Position numbers and translations under genes: made by a program. Source: Octopus bimaculoides (taxonomy: Eukaryota). From it: DNA of 64,000 bases. Each line of letters begins with the position of its first letter. Position 1 is the stretch's first letter. The DNA lies in contig NC_069003.1 of NCBI RefSeq assembly GCF_001194135.2, positions 18,910,755 through 18,974,754 on the forward strand, given 5' to 3'. A model generated the notes under the pieces. It saw only the letters and a list, made by a program, of their open reading frames with translations. It had not been told where the DNA came from and ran no database searches. Positions 1 through 12,100 of this stretch are shown in pieces.

Positions 1-1220
1 CTGTAAAGTGGTTGACATCAGGAAGGGCAGCTGTAAGAACCATGTCAAAACACTCAGTGGAGTTTGATGCAATCCTCTGGTTTGCCAGCTCCTGTCAAAC
101 CACCCAGTCCCTACCAGCATGGAAGACAGATGTTAAATGATAATATGCACGATATATGTGTATTCGTGCTTGGCAAACCTTTCAATAATGGTAAGCTACT
201 TGTCCTTCACTAGAAATTAACCAAAGTCACATAACTACAAGCATATTTTTTGTGTTTTTTTTAAATTTTTAATCAAATATTATACAGCTGAGACAGGTAT
301 GAGTATCACACATTCTTGTTTCGTATGAGTATCACACATTCTTGTTTCTTGCCCATAAAATATTGTGAGCCTCTGCCTTGCCGTTAATCATAGGTCCTGT
401 TCTACCAGATTTGATCTTGGGTTAAATAACAACTGCATGAACGAATACATGTTTATTCATGATCTTCACTTCCCTATTCCAACTAGGCCTTGGTAATTTT
501 ATCAATAAGGTGTGCAGGTAGGAAGGTATTGTTAACTATCCTTATGTATCACACACACACACACACACACACAAATACATAGACACATATGTCCATACAT
601 CAACTGACAACTGAAGTCTCTCTCACTCTCCCTCACCCCTCTCTCTTTTTGCCTCCCATCCCCTCTTCTGTAGTTTCTTCCTTGTGTTGTCTTTGGATGA
701 CCTGGAAAAAAGAGAATAAATTTTCTCCCCCCCCTCTCTCTCTCATGCACTCACACACATACACACACCCTCTCCTCATACTTAGCTCTTTACTTTTATA
801 AGAAGTAACAGTATTCTGACCTGCTCTCTCTACTCCTGGTGCTTTCTCCAGCATATAGTTGTTGGTATATATATATATATATATATATATTATTATTATT
901 ATTATTATTATTATCATTTAAAATAGTTAGATTTGACTCCATACAACTTAGTTTCGCAGGCCCCTGTTATATAATCATAAGATTTGTTAGTGCTATTAGA
1001 TACAAAATTTATATATGTAGTCAGTTGCATAGCTGTGTGATGATGTGGTTTCAGGTTCAATCCTGTCCCACAGCACCTTAGGCAAGTAAGTGTCTACTGC
1101 TGTAGCTCTAGGCTAGCTATTGCCTTGTGAGTGATTCTAGTGGATGGAAACTGTGTGGATGCTTGTAGTGTGTCTTTTGTGTTTGTAGTCTCACCACCAC
1201 TTGACAACTGCTGTTGGTTT

Positions 1221-1645
1221 CTCATTTATCTGTTACTTGTTTCATTCATTAAACTGTGACCATGCTGGAATATTGCCTTCAAGAATTTAGTTGAATGAAG
1301 CAAATCCAGTACTTTTATTCTTTTTTTAAAGCCTGGTACTTATTTTATTGGACTCTTTTGCTGAACTGCTCAGTTACAGGGATGCAGACACACCAGCAAT
1401 GATTGTCAAGCAGTTCTAGTGGTGGTGGTGGGGGGGATAAACACAGACACTAAGACACACACATGTAGATATTTCGATATACATACATGGTGGGCTTCTT
1501 TCAGCTTCTGTCTACGAAATCTACTCACAAGGCTTTAGTTGACCTGAAGCTATAGTAAAAGACAGTTGCCCAAGGTGCCACACACTGGGACTGAACCCAG
1601 AACTATGAAGTTGGGTGTTTCTTACCACACAGCTGTGCCTGTATA
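1221..1645 (-). mobile_element. SINE family A (tRNA head plus CORE-like domain; OR2-like by recall), near full-length copy
   Basis: A box TGGCTGTGTGG-like, B box GGTTCAGTCCC, core ggcaccttgggcaa. Other copies at about 1027-1220(+), 8745-9035(+), 9535-9660(+), 11490-11705(-), 28146-28410(+), 30960-31215(-), 39025-39187(+), 47430-47540(-), 52850-53010(+), 61838-62110(+). Confidence 0.75.
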
Positions 1646-2888
1646 TGTTCAATACATGACTAAGCTAACTTCACCAAAGTCACAATAACAATACAAACTA
1701 AAACATTGATAGGGATTAACTAGTTTGAAAACATAAAAGATGGGTTTTTAAGAATTAACATAAAATATGATAACAAAGGTTGGGTGTGCGGCATAAGGTT
1801 TATGTTGTTAATTGTAAGGTCTGTGGGTGAACAAAATTGGTAGGGCATTGAACAAGAATAATGCTTTGTAGTATTTATTGGTTCCTCTTGAAGTTCCAAG
1901 TATGAATCCCACTGAGATTGACTTCATCTGATCATTTCAATACTGAAGAAGTAAAGCAGTTGTTAACAACTGAGGTCAATGTGATCAATTTATTAACATA
2001 CACACTTGAAACATTAAAATATTGGTGTGTGTATAACATTAACATCCATACAAATATTGAATAGCTCTAACTGTAGTAATTGAAACACGGGACTTGGCTC
2101 AGAAAGCTAATGGATTACCAGACTCCTCAGTGACAAATACTTTGAACATTGAGCTAACCCTAAAATATTCGTTCCTATATAAAAATAGGTAAACAAAACC
2201 ATTTACTGATCTGTGTGAAAGTTTTATATGTATATATATATATATATATNNNNNNNNNNNNNNNNNNNNNNNNNNNNNNNNNNNNNNNNNNNNNNNNNNN
2301 NNNNNNNNNNNNNNNNNNNNNNNNNNNNNNNNNNNNNNNNNNNNNNNNNNNNNNNNNNNNNNNNNNNNNNNNNNNNNNNNNNNNNNNNNNNNNNNNNNNN
2401 NNNNNNNNNNNNNNNNNNNNNNNNNNNNNNNNNNNNNNNNNNNNNNNNNNNNNNNNNNNNNNNNNNNNNNNNNNNNNNNNNNNNNNNNNNNNNNNNNNNN
2501 NNNNNNNNNNNNNNNNNNNNNNNNNNNNNNNNNNNNNNNNNNNNNNNNNNNNNNNNNNNNNNNNNNNNNNNNNNNNNNNNNNNNNNNNNNNNNNNNNNNN
2601 NNNNNNNNNNNNNNNNNNNNNNNNNNNNNNNNNNNNNNNNNNNNNNNNNNNNNNNNNNNNNNNNNNNNNNNNNNNNNNNNNNNNNNNNNNNNNNNNNNNN
2701 NNNNNNNNNNNNNNNNNNNNNNNNNNNNNNNNNNNNNNNNNNNNNNNNNNNNNNNNNNNNNNNNNNNNNNNNNNNNNNNNNNNNNNNNNNNNNNNNNNNN
2801 NNNNNNNNNNNNNNNNNNNNNNNNNNNNNNNNNNNNNNNNNNNNNNNNNNNNNNNNNNNNNNNNNNNNNNNNNNNNNNNNNNNNNNNN

Positions 2889-2939
<51 letters not shown>

Positions 2940-3965
2940 CATATGCATATATTTACACACACATGAATATATGTACATACATACACCATACACTCGCATA
3001 CATAAACATACATATAGTCATGCATTGTAAACACGTGGACAGGTACAGTTACATATATATAAAGAGAGAAATACAACCTAACACACATATACACATGCAT
3101 ATGGAGGAGGAAGAGAGGGAGAGAGTTCACTGAATTATTATTATTATTATTTCACACTGCTGAATCTTGAAAATGAATATTTGGCACGGTGGTTACATCT
3201 TAGTATTTTCTCAATATGCTTGTTTAACCTTGTTTTCATTATTTAACAGGATGCACAAGGCTTCATCAAAGCACAGGTCACATACACCAGATAGTGTATT
3301 ATATGGTTGTGCATTTTTTATTATTGACCATTCTATTTCGTAACTTATTTTTCCTTCCTTTAATCTTCATATTAGGTTCACTGGTGATGTTGCGTGTCGC
3401 CAGCTTATCTTTTGAAATGAGGAGACATGGTTGTAATAACAAACCTTAAATTGGTTTGCAGAGGCTCCTATGTATGCATATTTGTGTTGTGGTGATTGTG
3501 CATTTGTATATGATGTTATTTTGCACATGCATTGGTTCCTGAGCAGACATGCAGATTTCCTACAATAGTATATGTATGTGTGTGTGTAATATGTATGCAT
3601 AGATCTGTGTGTATGTGTCCAAGTGTTAAATCTTAAAGGCCAGCTAAGAACAATCACATGTGTAACCAACCATGAAGAACAAATCAGCAGTACAAAGAAA
3701 TAAAATACTAATCCCTTTAAAACGGCAACCTTTTTAACAGGACCAGAATCACCATCTCACTACATCTACACATTCAAAGCAGTCTGCCAACAGTCCTTCA
3801 GCAAAAAAAAAAAACACCCTGATAAGCTAAGTAACTACTACTAAATTCAGGCAATGATAAGACAGATAGGGTGTTCTTGAAGCCAAGGATTTTAAACTTA
3901 CAGAGACAATATTTACATATCGCCTGAGGAAACACAATTCTCATAATGCAGGGGAACAGTTGCAT

Positions 3966-4013
3966 AATCAACTACCTGAAGAACGACAGTGAGTTGAAAC
4001 AATTGTAGTGATT
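3966..4013 (+). ncRNA. Candidate minimal type I hammerhead ribozyme
   Basis: CTGAAGA (3976-3982), weak stem II, GAAAC-AATT-GT-A (3996-4007), GTGATT pairing with AATCA[ACTA]C. Confidence 0.5.
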
Positions 4014-4191
4014 AAAAAATAAATGTCCAACTGTACCCCTTCTTGTTGACTTTAATTTTTTCAATTACCTATTCACATACGGCAGATGCCCAAACACAAA
4101 CTTGAAAGTATGTATAATACTACTACTGCATAGCACAGGGTAAATCTGAAGGTGGATGAGCTCTATACTGTACTCTACTGTGTTCTTCACA

Positions 4192-4233
<42 letters not shown>

Positions 4234-4574
4234 TAAATAAAAGATGGAAGGTGGAATATACAAGAATTTATTATTAATCACAATTGTTTCAACACATCTA
4301 GTATCGATCCCTTATGGGTGGGACACTCAACAACTGGTTCAGGAGCATCTGGTGGTGCAGATGTATCTCATTGGGTGATAATAGACACAACTTGTTAAAA
4401 TAACAGTTCTGCAACTGACTGTAGAAGATCAAATCAAGTTGAAATACTGCATCTGGTGATCCATTAGTGTTTTAAGCAAATTCCTGCATGTTTTGACATT
4501 TAAGTCTCTTTGAGAGGTTCCTTTGAGACAAAAAATAACAGCTAGTGTCGTTCTATATTTGTATACACATTATA

Positions 4575-4774
4575 CAGGGGTGGGCAAAAGTAGATATACA
4601 GTGGAATGTTATTTTCATTTCTTAGTTTCTTTTTTAAACCTGAGTGGTTCATAAGTCAACTAAGGAATCTGCAAGAGATACCTAATTCATTGGAAACCCT
4701 AGTTTTTGATTTCTAGGGACTTTGAGTGAATGCTTGAGCCAAGCAACTGTATAACCTACTTTTGCTCACCCCTG
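4575..4774. mobile_element. Tc1/mariner-type MITE, 200 bp
   Basis: About 28-bp TIRs CAGGGGTGGGCAAAAGTAGATATACAGT / CAGGGGTGAGCAAAAGTAGGTTATACAGT, flanked by TA on both sides. Confidence 0.85.
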
Positions 4775-5276
4775 TATACTTGTTGTACACATCAGAATTA
4801 TGATCAAGTATTTCTCTTCTCCAAGTTAAAAATCAATATTTATGTAATTTGAAAAAAAAAAAAATCTTATTAGAGAATGAGTAAATGACTAAATATATAT
4901 AAAAAAAAGCAATGTAAAGAAAACTAAATTTATGTCAATGTGAAACAAATGAAAGTTATTTTGAAGCAATATTATAAAACTGTAATGAATGTATTTATTA
5001 TTATATATATTAATTGTATGTAAAGTAATTTTTGGAATTGTTAATCGTATGTAAAGATCATTATATTTTCAGCAAGAGTATCAGCCAATTAATGCTAACA
5101 CCTGCTTCAATATCAATTAACTTATTTAATTTGGCATTGTTGTGACTCTTGCTGAGTGTGTGTATATGTATGTGTCTGTGTTAGCATGTGTGTGTGTATG
5201 TGTGTGTTTGAACAATGTACAATCACACACATACACACATGTATGCACATACATAAATATGTCTCGTAATTTTTAG

Positions 5277-5417
5277 GTCAAGACGTGAAAGGGTTCAGCT
5301 GTGTACCAAACTATTACTTGTGTCCAGGAACCTTGCACTGTATACCAATCGAGAAAATCTGTGACAGGGTCAACGACTGTTTAAATAGTGACCGAGCGGA
5401 TGAAGGGACTCACTGTG
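5277..5417 (+). CDS. LRP1: Exon 1 in window: LDLa repeat (CR2-like)
   Basis: ttttag|...|gtaagg, phase 1/1; [46 protein letters not shown] (6 Cys, acidic DE motif). Confidence 0.93.
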
Positions 5418-8400
5418 GTAAGGATCAGCACACTTTATTTCTTACCCTTTTTTGTTTCCAACTGACAATCTGTTGTAATAGTAGTCACATAAGCACCATG
5501 GAAACTGAGTTAAGCTTCAGGGCTTCTTCCTTTCTTTTTTTCTTTTAAGTCTTGGGACTCTTGACAGAGCTAAGTCTAAACATTTTCAGTTTTGCAACAA
5601 TATAGTAATGATATATTTTTTCTTTTTTGCTTGCTTTCAATGCTTGTATAAATGACTGAGTGTGGTTGAGGAGCATCTGAGCAGCTTTTGTGGTTGTTGT
5701 TATTGTTTAGCCCTAAGCCAGCTCTAAGACCTTGGATTTCTAAGCTTCTACAGATGATCTGAATGAGGTTGAACCAAAAGCAATCTTCACTGTTGTCATT
5801 CATTTCCAGCACAGCTCTGAAACAGTTGTTATCATATTTCTGTTGAAATACACTGACTTTGTTTCAGTTAATTTTGAAAATAAATGAGGGATTTAGTAAA
5901 ATAACTGTTGCTGTTATTAAATTGGTGTTTGGAGCATAAATATACAGAACACATTGATAGTCATACAATATTTAACCCATTTGTTATCATATTTCTGATA
6001 AAATACACTGCTTTTGTTTCAATTTATTATAAAAAAAACAAAAAAAAAATAATAATAATTTAGTAAAATAATTTTGTCATTATCAAGCTGGTGTTTGGAA
6101 CAATATAAATTAACATAAAAGTTTAATGGAAAAAAGTTTACAAACTCGCTGTCATAGAACCTGGGTCAGAGTCATGCTGGTTGGTATCAAAAGTGTTAAG
6201 TTTATACGATGTATGAGCAACCTTTGTTGTTTAGCTCCAAGACAACAGTAAGAGTTTGCATTCCTTACTTTGTATGAATGATTAAGGTTAAGCAACTAAA
6301 TAACTTTCTTCATTGGCTGCAGTGATGGTAGCATCTAGTTCTAGGGCAAATGTCAGATCTTGGATTCCTAAACTTGTATCGATGACTGAATGTGTTTGAG
6401 CAGATGAGCAACTATTATTTTATTTTTTTGGTGTTGTTTCTGTTATTTAGCTCTAGCAGAACACTGAAATCAAGTCACTTCTGCTTGCTATAGCCTCAAG
6501 TCTACCAAAGTCTTGTCTGTAATTTGGTTGACAAAAACTGGAAGTCCATTGGAAGAATATTCCTGTTGTTGCTGGATGGATCATGGGCATAATCTGTTGT
6601 CTAATTTTGATCTTTGGGTGCCTTCAGCAGAGACCATCCAGTTTGAGAACAGTTTCTTCCCTTTCTTCCCTCTCACCAATCTGGAGGCCCTGAATTGGCT
6701 CATGGGCATGACCCTTATCATGACTAAAGCATAAAAATACATGTATATGTATGTGTGCACACAATGTTATGTAGTGTATCTATGTGTGTATGTATATATA
6801 TATTTATGTATGTGTGTGAGTATGTGTGCATATATATCATGATGTGGTAAGACTTCAACAAGTAGAATAACACTCAATCAGCTAAGAGAGTAGAAGTAAT
6901 GTTATAAAAACTACAAATCTTCTTAATACAGCTACCTAGGGTTTCCTGATTAAAGTAATAATAATAATAGCGATCTCAATTTTCTTTCTTTCATAATGAT
7001 ATGTTGATCTCCTGGCACTGTCATGTCAATTATTAGGCACTCTTGTTTGTTCCTCCTAAAGGTTATTATATCCAGCCTTCAGTGCTCTGATACCTTGTCT
7101 TCCAGACACCGAAAGCCAGGTATGGTAATCTTTCGGAGGGACAAACAAGAGTGCCTAATAATTGATGTGACAGTGCCAAGAGATCAAAATGACATCATGA
7201 AAGAAAGAAAGTATCATATTAGAATTCTGCAATTAAACATGGTGTGTCCAAAAAAATACGGGCATTCTTTCGCTTGAACCAGCACACTTCATTAATTTCT
7301 GTAAAAATTTTTTTATTTATTTACTTTTTTCGTGTTATGTTCAGCTCTGTATATTTGTAGTCAGTCACACATGTACACTTGTTTTTGTATGTATGTTTGT
7401 ATACATTTATGTTTGTGTGTGTGTGAGAAAGAGAGAGAGAGAGAGTGAAGGGATGTGTTGTCATGTATACATACATAAATCCATATGCATACATCTTTTT
7501 TGTATGTATGTGTGTGTGTGTGAGACAGAGAGAGTGATGTCTAAGTGGCACTGACTCACTCACACACTCTCTCTCTCTTTCTCTCTCACAGACACAGGCA
7601 TCCATTTCATATACACGTACATACATCTTTCACTTTCTCATCTCTTTCACTTTAAAACAAAAGTAAATAGCTAAAAATTTTTTACAGAAATTAACAAACA
7701 AAACCAGCTGTTCATTTTGGCATTTCTGCAGGTTCAAGCAAAAGAATGCCAAAATATGCAACTGAAAAGAACATTTAGCAGCAAAGGCATGACGGCAGAC
7801 AATATCATAAAAATGTTTAGAATTGCAAATCAAATGTGAAAATATTATCATGTGGCTAGCAGAAAACTGCCTGGAGGGCAGTCTTTCTATTAGTATATAT
7901 ATATGTGTGTGTGTGTGTGTGAAAGTGCATGGCTTATTGGTTAGGGTATTCAGTTCATGGTCTTAAGGTCAGAAGTGATTTCAGACAATGCATTGTGTCC
8001 TTGAGCAAGACACTTTACTTCACGTTGTTCTTGCCCAATCAGTCAGCAAAAATGAGTTGCAGCTGTAATTTAAAGAGCCCTCCTTGTTGCATTCTGTGTC
8101 ACGCTGAATCTCTCTGAGAATTACATGCAGGATACACTTGTCTCTGGATTGGTCAGTCACTTGCACATTAATTAAACAAGCAGGCTGTTCCATTGATTAG
8201 ATCAACAGGAAACCTCATTGTCGTGAGTGACTTAGTGCCAGTTTATATATATATATTACATACAGTATGAGTGTTTTTCTAATTTATTGAAGGAGTTTTA
8301 TGTTGTTTAGTTACAGTAATATTTTTATTAATTACAAGACTAATCAAACAGTACTAAAGTTAGGAAGTAATAGACAACTTAAACTGAAATGTTAATTTAT

Positions 8401-9129
8401 TGTTTGTGTATTGGGTGTGTAGGTTTCTGTACTATTAACAGCGCTAATAAATATAAGTACCAGTTAAATTTTGGGTTCAATTTAATTGACTAATCTAATC
8501 TAATTGAGCTAGTTTTCTTTGCATTAATTCGTGATTATACAATGGTATTGTATAATGCTGCATACATATATTAATGCAGATGTGTACACACAGTTTCTTG
8601 TATACTGAAATTAATACGATTTGAATAAGGTTGTGAAATGGATGTAACCCTATGGATGTCACACGGTTAAATAAATCTGTTTTTAACTTTTGTACTTCAT
8701 GAATTTATGCTTTATATAAGCATGTATGTGTGTGTACATGTGCACACAAGAAGTTTGCTTTGCAACCATGTAGTCTCTGGTCCAGTCTCACAGCACATCA
8801 TTTTGGGCAAGTGGTTTTCCACTATTGCTCAAGGCCAATCAATACCTTGTGAGTGAATTTGGTAAATGGAAACTGCATGGAAGCCATTTTGTGTGCGTGT
8901 GTCTTTCACAACTTGACAACCAGCGGTGGTTCATTTACTTCTCAGCAATTTAGCAGTTTGGCTAAAAGAAACCAATAAAGTAAGTACTAGGACTTAAAAA
9001 AATAAGTGCTAGGATTGATTTGATCAACTAAATCTAATGCCTAGCTTGAGTATAAGAATTTATATACATACATATATACACATATACGTATCTATCATCT
9101 ATCTATCTATCTATCTGTCTGTCTGTCTG

Positions 9130-9196
<67 letters not shown>

Positions 9197-12100
9197 ATGA
9201 CATGATGTTTCTCACTGTAAAATTGTATTGTTTTGTTTTTTGTTTCTAGTAAATCGAGGCTGTACTCACAAAGCGTGTAGTTATGGCTGCCGAGAAACCT
9301 TACAAGGACCTAAGTGTTTTTGCGCGAAGGGCATGCAACCAAACGCTGACAATGAACTTCAGTGTGAAGGTATTTATTATCTTTATTTCTTTTTTAAATT
9401 CCTTTTTTCTCTGAAACACATGTTTTCAAAGACTTCTCAATCCTTTAAGTCTTTGTCATTAAGAATTGTTGTTTTTGTAATTAATCATCAAACCAGGTCT
9501 GAATTTGACCGGTTTTTCTAAACTAAAGATAAGTGCAGGTATGGCTGTATGGTTGAGAAGTTTGCTCCTAACCATGTGGTTTGGGGTTCAGTCCCATGGC
9601 AGAGTATAGCTTTAGGTTGACCAATGCCTTTTGAGTTGAATTTAGATGGAAATTGTGTGGACTCCCAATATGCATGACTTTGTGCTTCATCATCCTCATT
9701 TAACATCTGTGCTCCATGCTGACGTGGTTTGACAGGATTCAATGAGTTTGAGGACCATATCATACTCCAGTGTATGTTATGGCATGGTTTCTAATGCTGG
9801 TTGCCCTTCCTTGTTTTAACCACTTTTTTTTGTGTGTGTGTGTGTGTGTGTGTGAAGGCTTAGTGATTAGGGTATTGAGCTCATGACCATAAGATTGGGA
9901 GTACAGTTCCTGGCAGCACATGTCCTTCAATAAGACGCTTTATTTCACGTTGTTCCAGTCCACTGGCAAAAATGAGTATTACCTCTATTTCAAAGGGCCA
10001 CTCTTGTCACATCTTGTGTCACACTGAATCTCCCAAGATCTACATTTAGGGCACATGTGTCTGTGGATTGCTCAGCCACTTGCACATTTATTTCACAAGC
10101 AGGCTGTTCTGTTGATCGGATCAACTAGAATCCTTGTCCTCAGTTTTTTTTTATCTCTCACTCAGACCCATGCTTTCACCATCTGAGACATTGACTATCG
10201 ATAATCTTCCTCCATTCAGGCCTGTCCTAGGATTTCCTCTCTAACTATTCTCAGTTCCAGCAATTTCTAGGCCAGATCACCAGGAGCTTCTTTTCTTTGG
10301 CCTTCTTCTCTTCCATTTACCTTGGTAGGGGGGTGAGGGTTCCACTCAAGGAAAGTCTGACAACAGTCATTTCCATGATAACAAAACTGTATCTCTTCCA
10401 CTCAGCAGCAACTTGTACTGTTTTGCCACTCTCATTCATGGTTCTGATGTTCCACAAACCAAAGACAGCTTTTCTCCTCAGCATTAAGAAGCATATCAGA
10501 TGCGTAGCAGCCTTTTTGTTGAAGCTGCCATGCTTCATTCCTTCTTTGTAAGGTCCTTCTGATTCCCCAGAACTGTAAGATTTTCTTTGGTTGTTTTGGA
10601 TGTTTCTGGGGCAAGTGTAGGTTTTACAAAATGAGGCTGCTAACCCAACACTGGGTTGAATATCGTTTGTTTTACAAAATAATTTTTTAAAATTTAATTT
10701 TATTAAAAAAGATACTTTATTCTGTGTAACTTATTTTTAAAAACTTAGTTGTACACACTAACTAGAGAGAGAGAGGTGATTGATTTTCATTCATTTCTTT
10801 TTGTTTTTAATTTTAATTTTTCTTCCTTGTTATTCTTGATTCCTTCCAGACATGGATGAGTGCAGCTATGATGGCTTCTGTGACCAGACATGTGTTAATG
10901 GTTACACCAACTATTCATGCAGTTGTGTTGCTGGTTATGATCTCAAAGAGGACAACAAGTCTTGTGAAGCCATTAATGGTAGGTGCTTCTCTTTTAAACA
11001 CTTTTTTAATAAGAATTGTTTTTTTTTTCATTTCATTTTTTTCCAATCCTAATCTTTTTCTTTCCTAGCCTCATCACCACCATCATCATCATCTTGCTGT
11101 TCTTGTAATTGGTTTCAAATTTTGGCACAAGACCAGCAATTTTGGGGGTGACAGATGAAATGCCGTTAAGCATTGTGCCCCGCATGCCAATGATTCTACC
11201 TACTAGCCACCTTAATGTTGTTCTTGTAATTAGTACTAGATATGGCAAAGAGAGACAGCTACCTCTGTGTCTATGTTGTTATTGTTTGTTGTTGTTGTTG
11301 GTGGTGGTAGTAGTAGTAGTAGTAGTACTTGATAGACCGGTTCCCCAATAATATAACATCTATTTTGTAGTTGGTATTAGATATGGTAAAGGGAGCCATT
11401 GTATTGTTGCTGTTGGTACTTGATAGCCAGACGTCTGCTTTGTTGTTACTTGACACAACAATGGGAGACAACAATTGTATATTTTGTTATCAATCCTGAT
11501 GTACTTATTCAGTAGGTCTCTTGCCAAACTGGTAAGTTACGGGGACATAAACACACCAAAACCAGTTATCAAATGGTGGTCACACACACACACACACACA
11601 TATGCTGGGCTTCTTTCAGTTTCCATCTACCAAGAAGCCATGCTGTGGGACTGAACCCAGAACCATGTAGTGGTTGGCAAACTTCTTATCACACAGCCAT
11701 GCCTCCACCTATATATTTTATATCCATCTGCTGAGTCAGTGGAAAGAAGCAGTACTCATGACCTTTTACAGGCTCTCTGAGACCAGTGAGATTGATACCA
11801 TTAATGTTCTGCCTGAATCATTGCCAGAAAATGAGTAGGGAAGGTGTTCCAGAGATGAACGTTCTGGGAAAGAAGGATGGAATGTAGTGATTAGTATAGG
11901 GCCTGGATGGTTTGGACTTATTGAGGGCGACGAGAGTAAGATCCAGCTGGATCCAAGAAGTAGAGTCATCCAGAGTCATCATCCTGGTTATCACATTATA
12001 TAGATGAAATAAAACATAAGCCCAGCCACATCCAAATGAGCAGAGGTCTTTATAGTATTCAGTTGTCAGTATTTGATATGATGACAGAGTTAGATGATAC

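Noticed and set aside
297-348. Perfect 26-bp tandem duplication GTATGAGTATCACACATTCTTGTTTC
   Set aside because: Ordinary local slippage duplication with no further structure.
2099-3133. Long ORFs full of X (also 15383-16256, 23231-23901, 24066-25202, 26895-27263, 54644-55173)
   Set aside because: They run through N-gaps and (TA)n tracts; artefacts of translating Ns. The LRP1 exons join in frame without needing any exon inside the gaps downstream of 5277.
3251-3276. Possible micro-exon (aacag|GATGCACAAGGCTTCATCAAAGCACAG|gtcaca)
   Set aside because: Weak donor, no LDLa or signal-peptide character; cannot be supported without transcripts.
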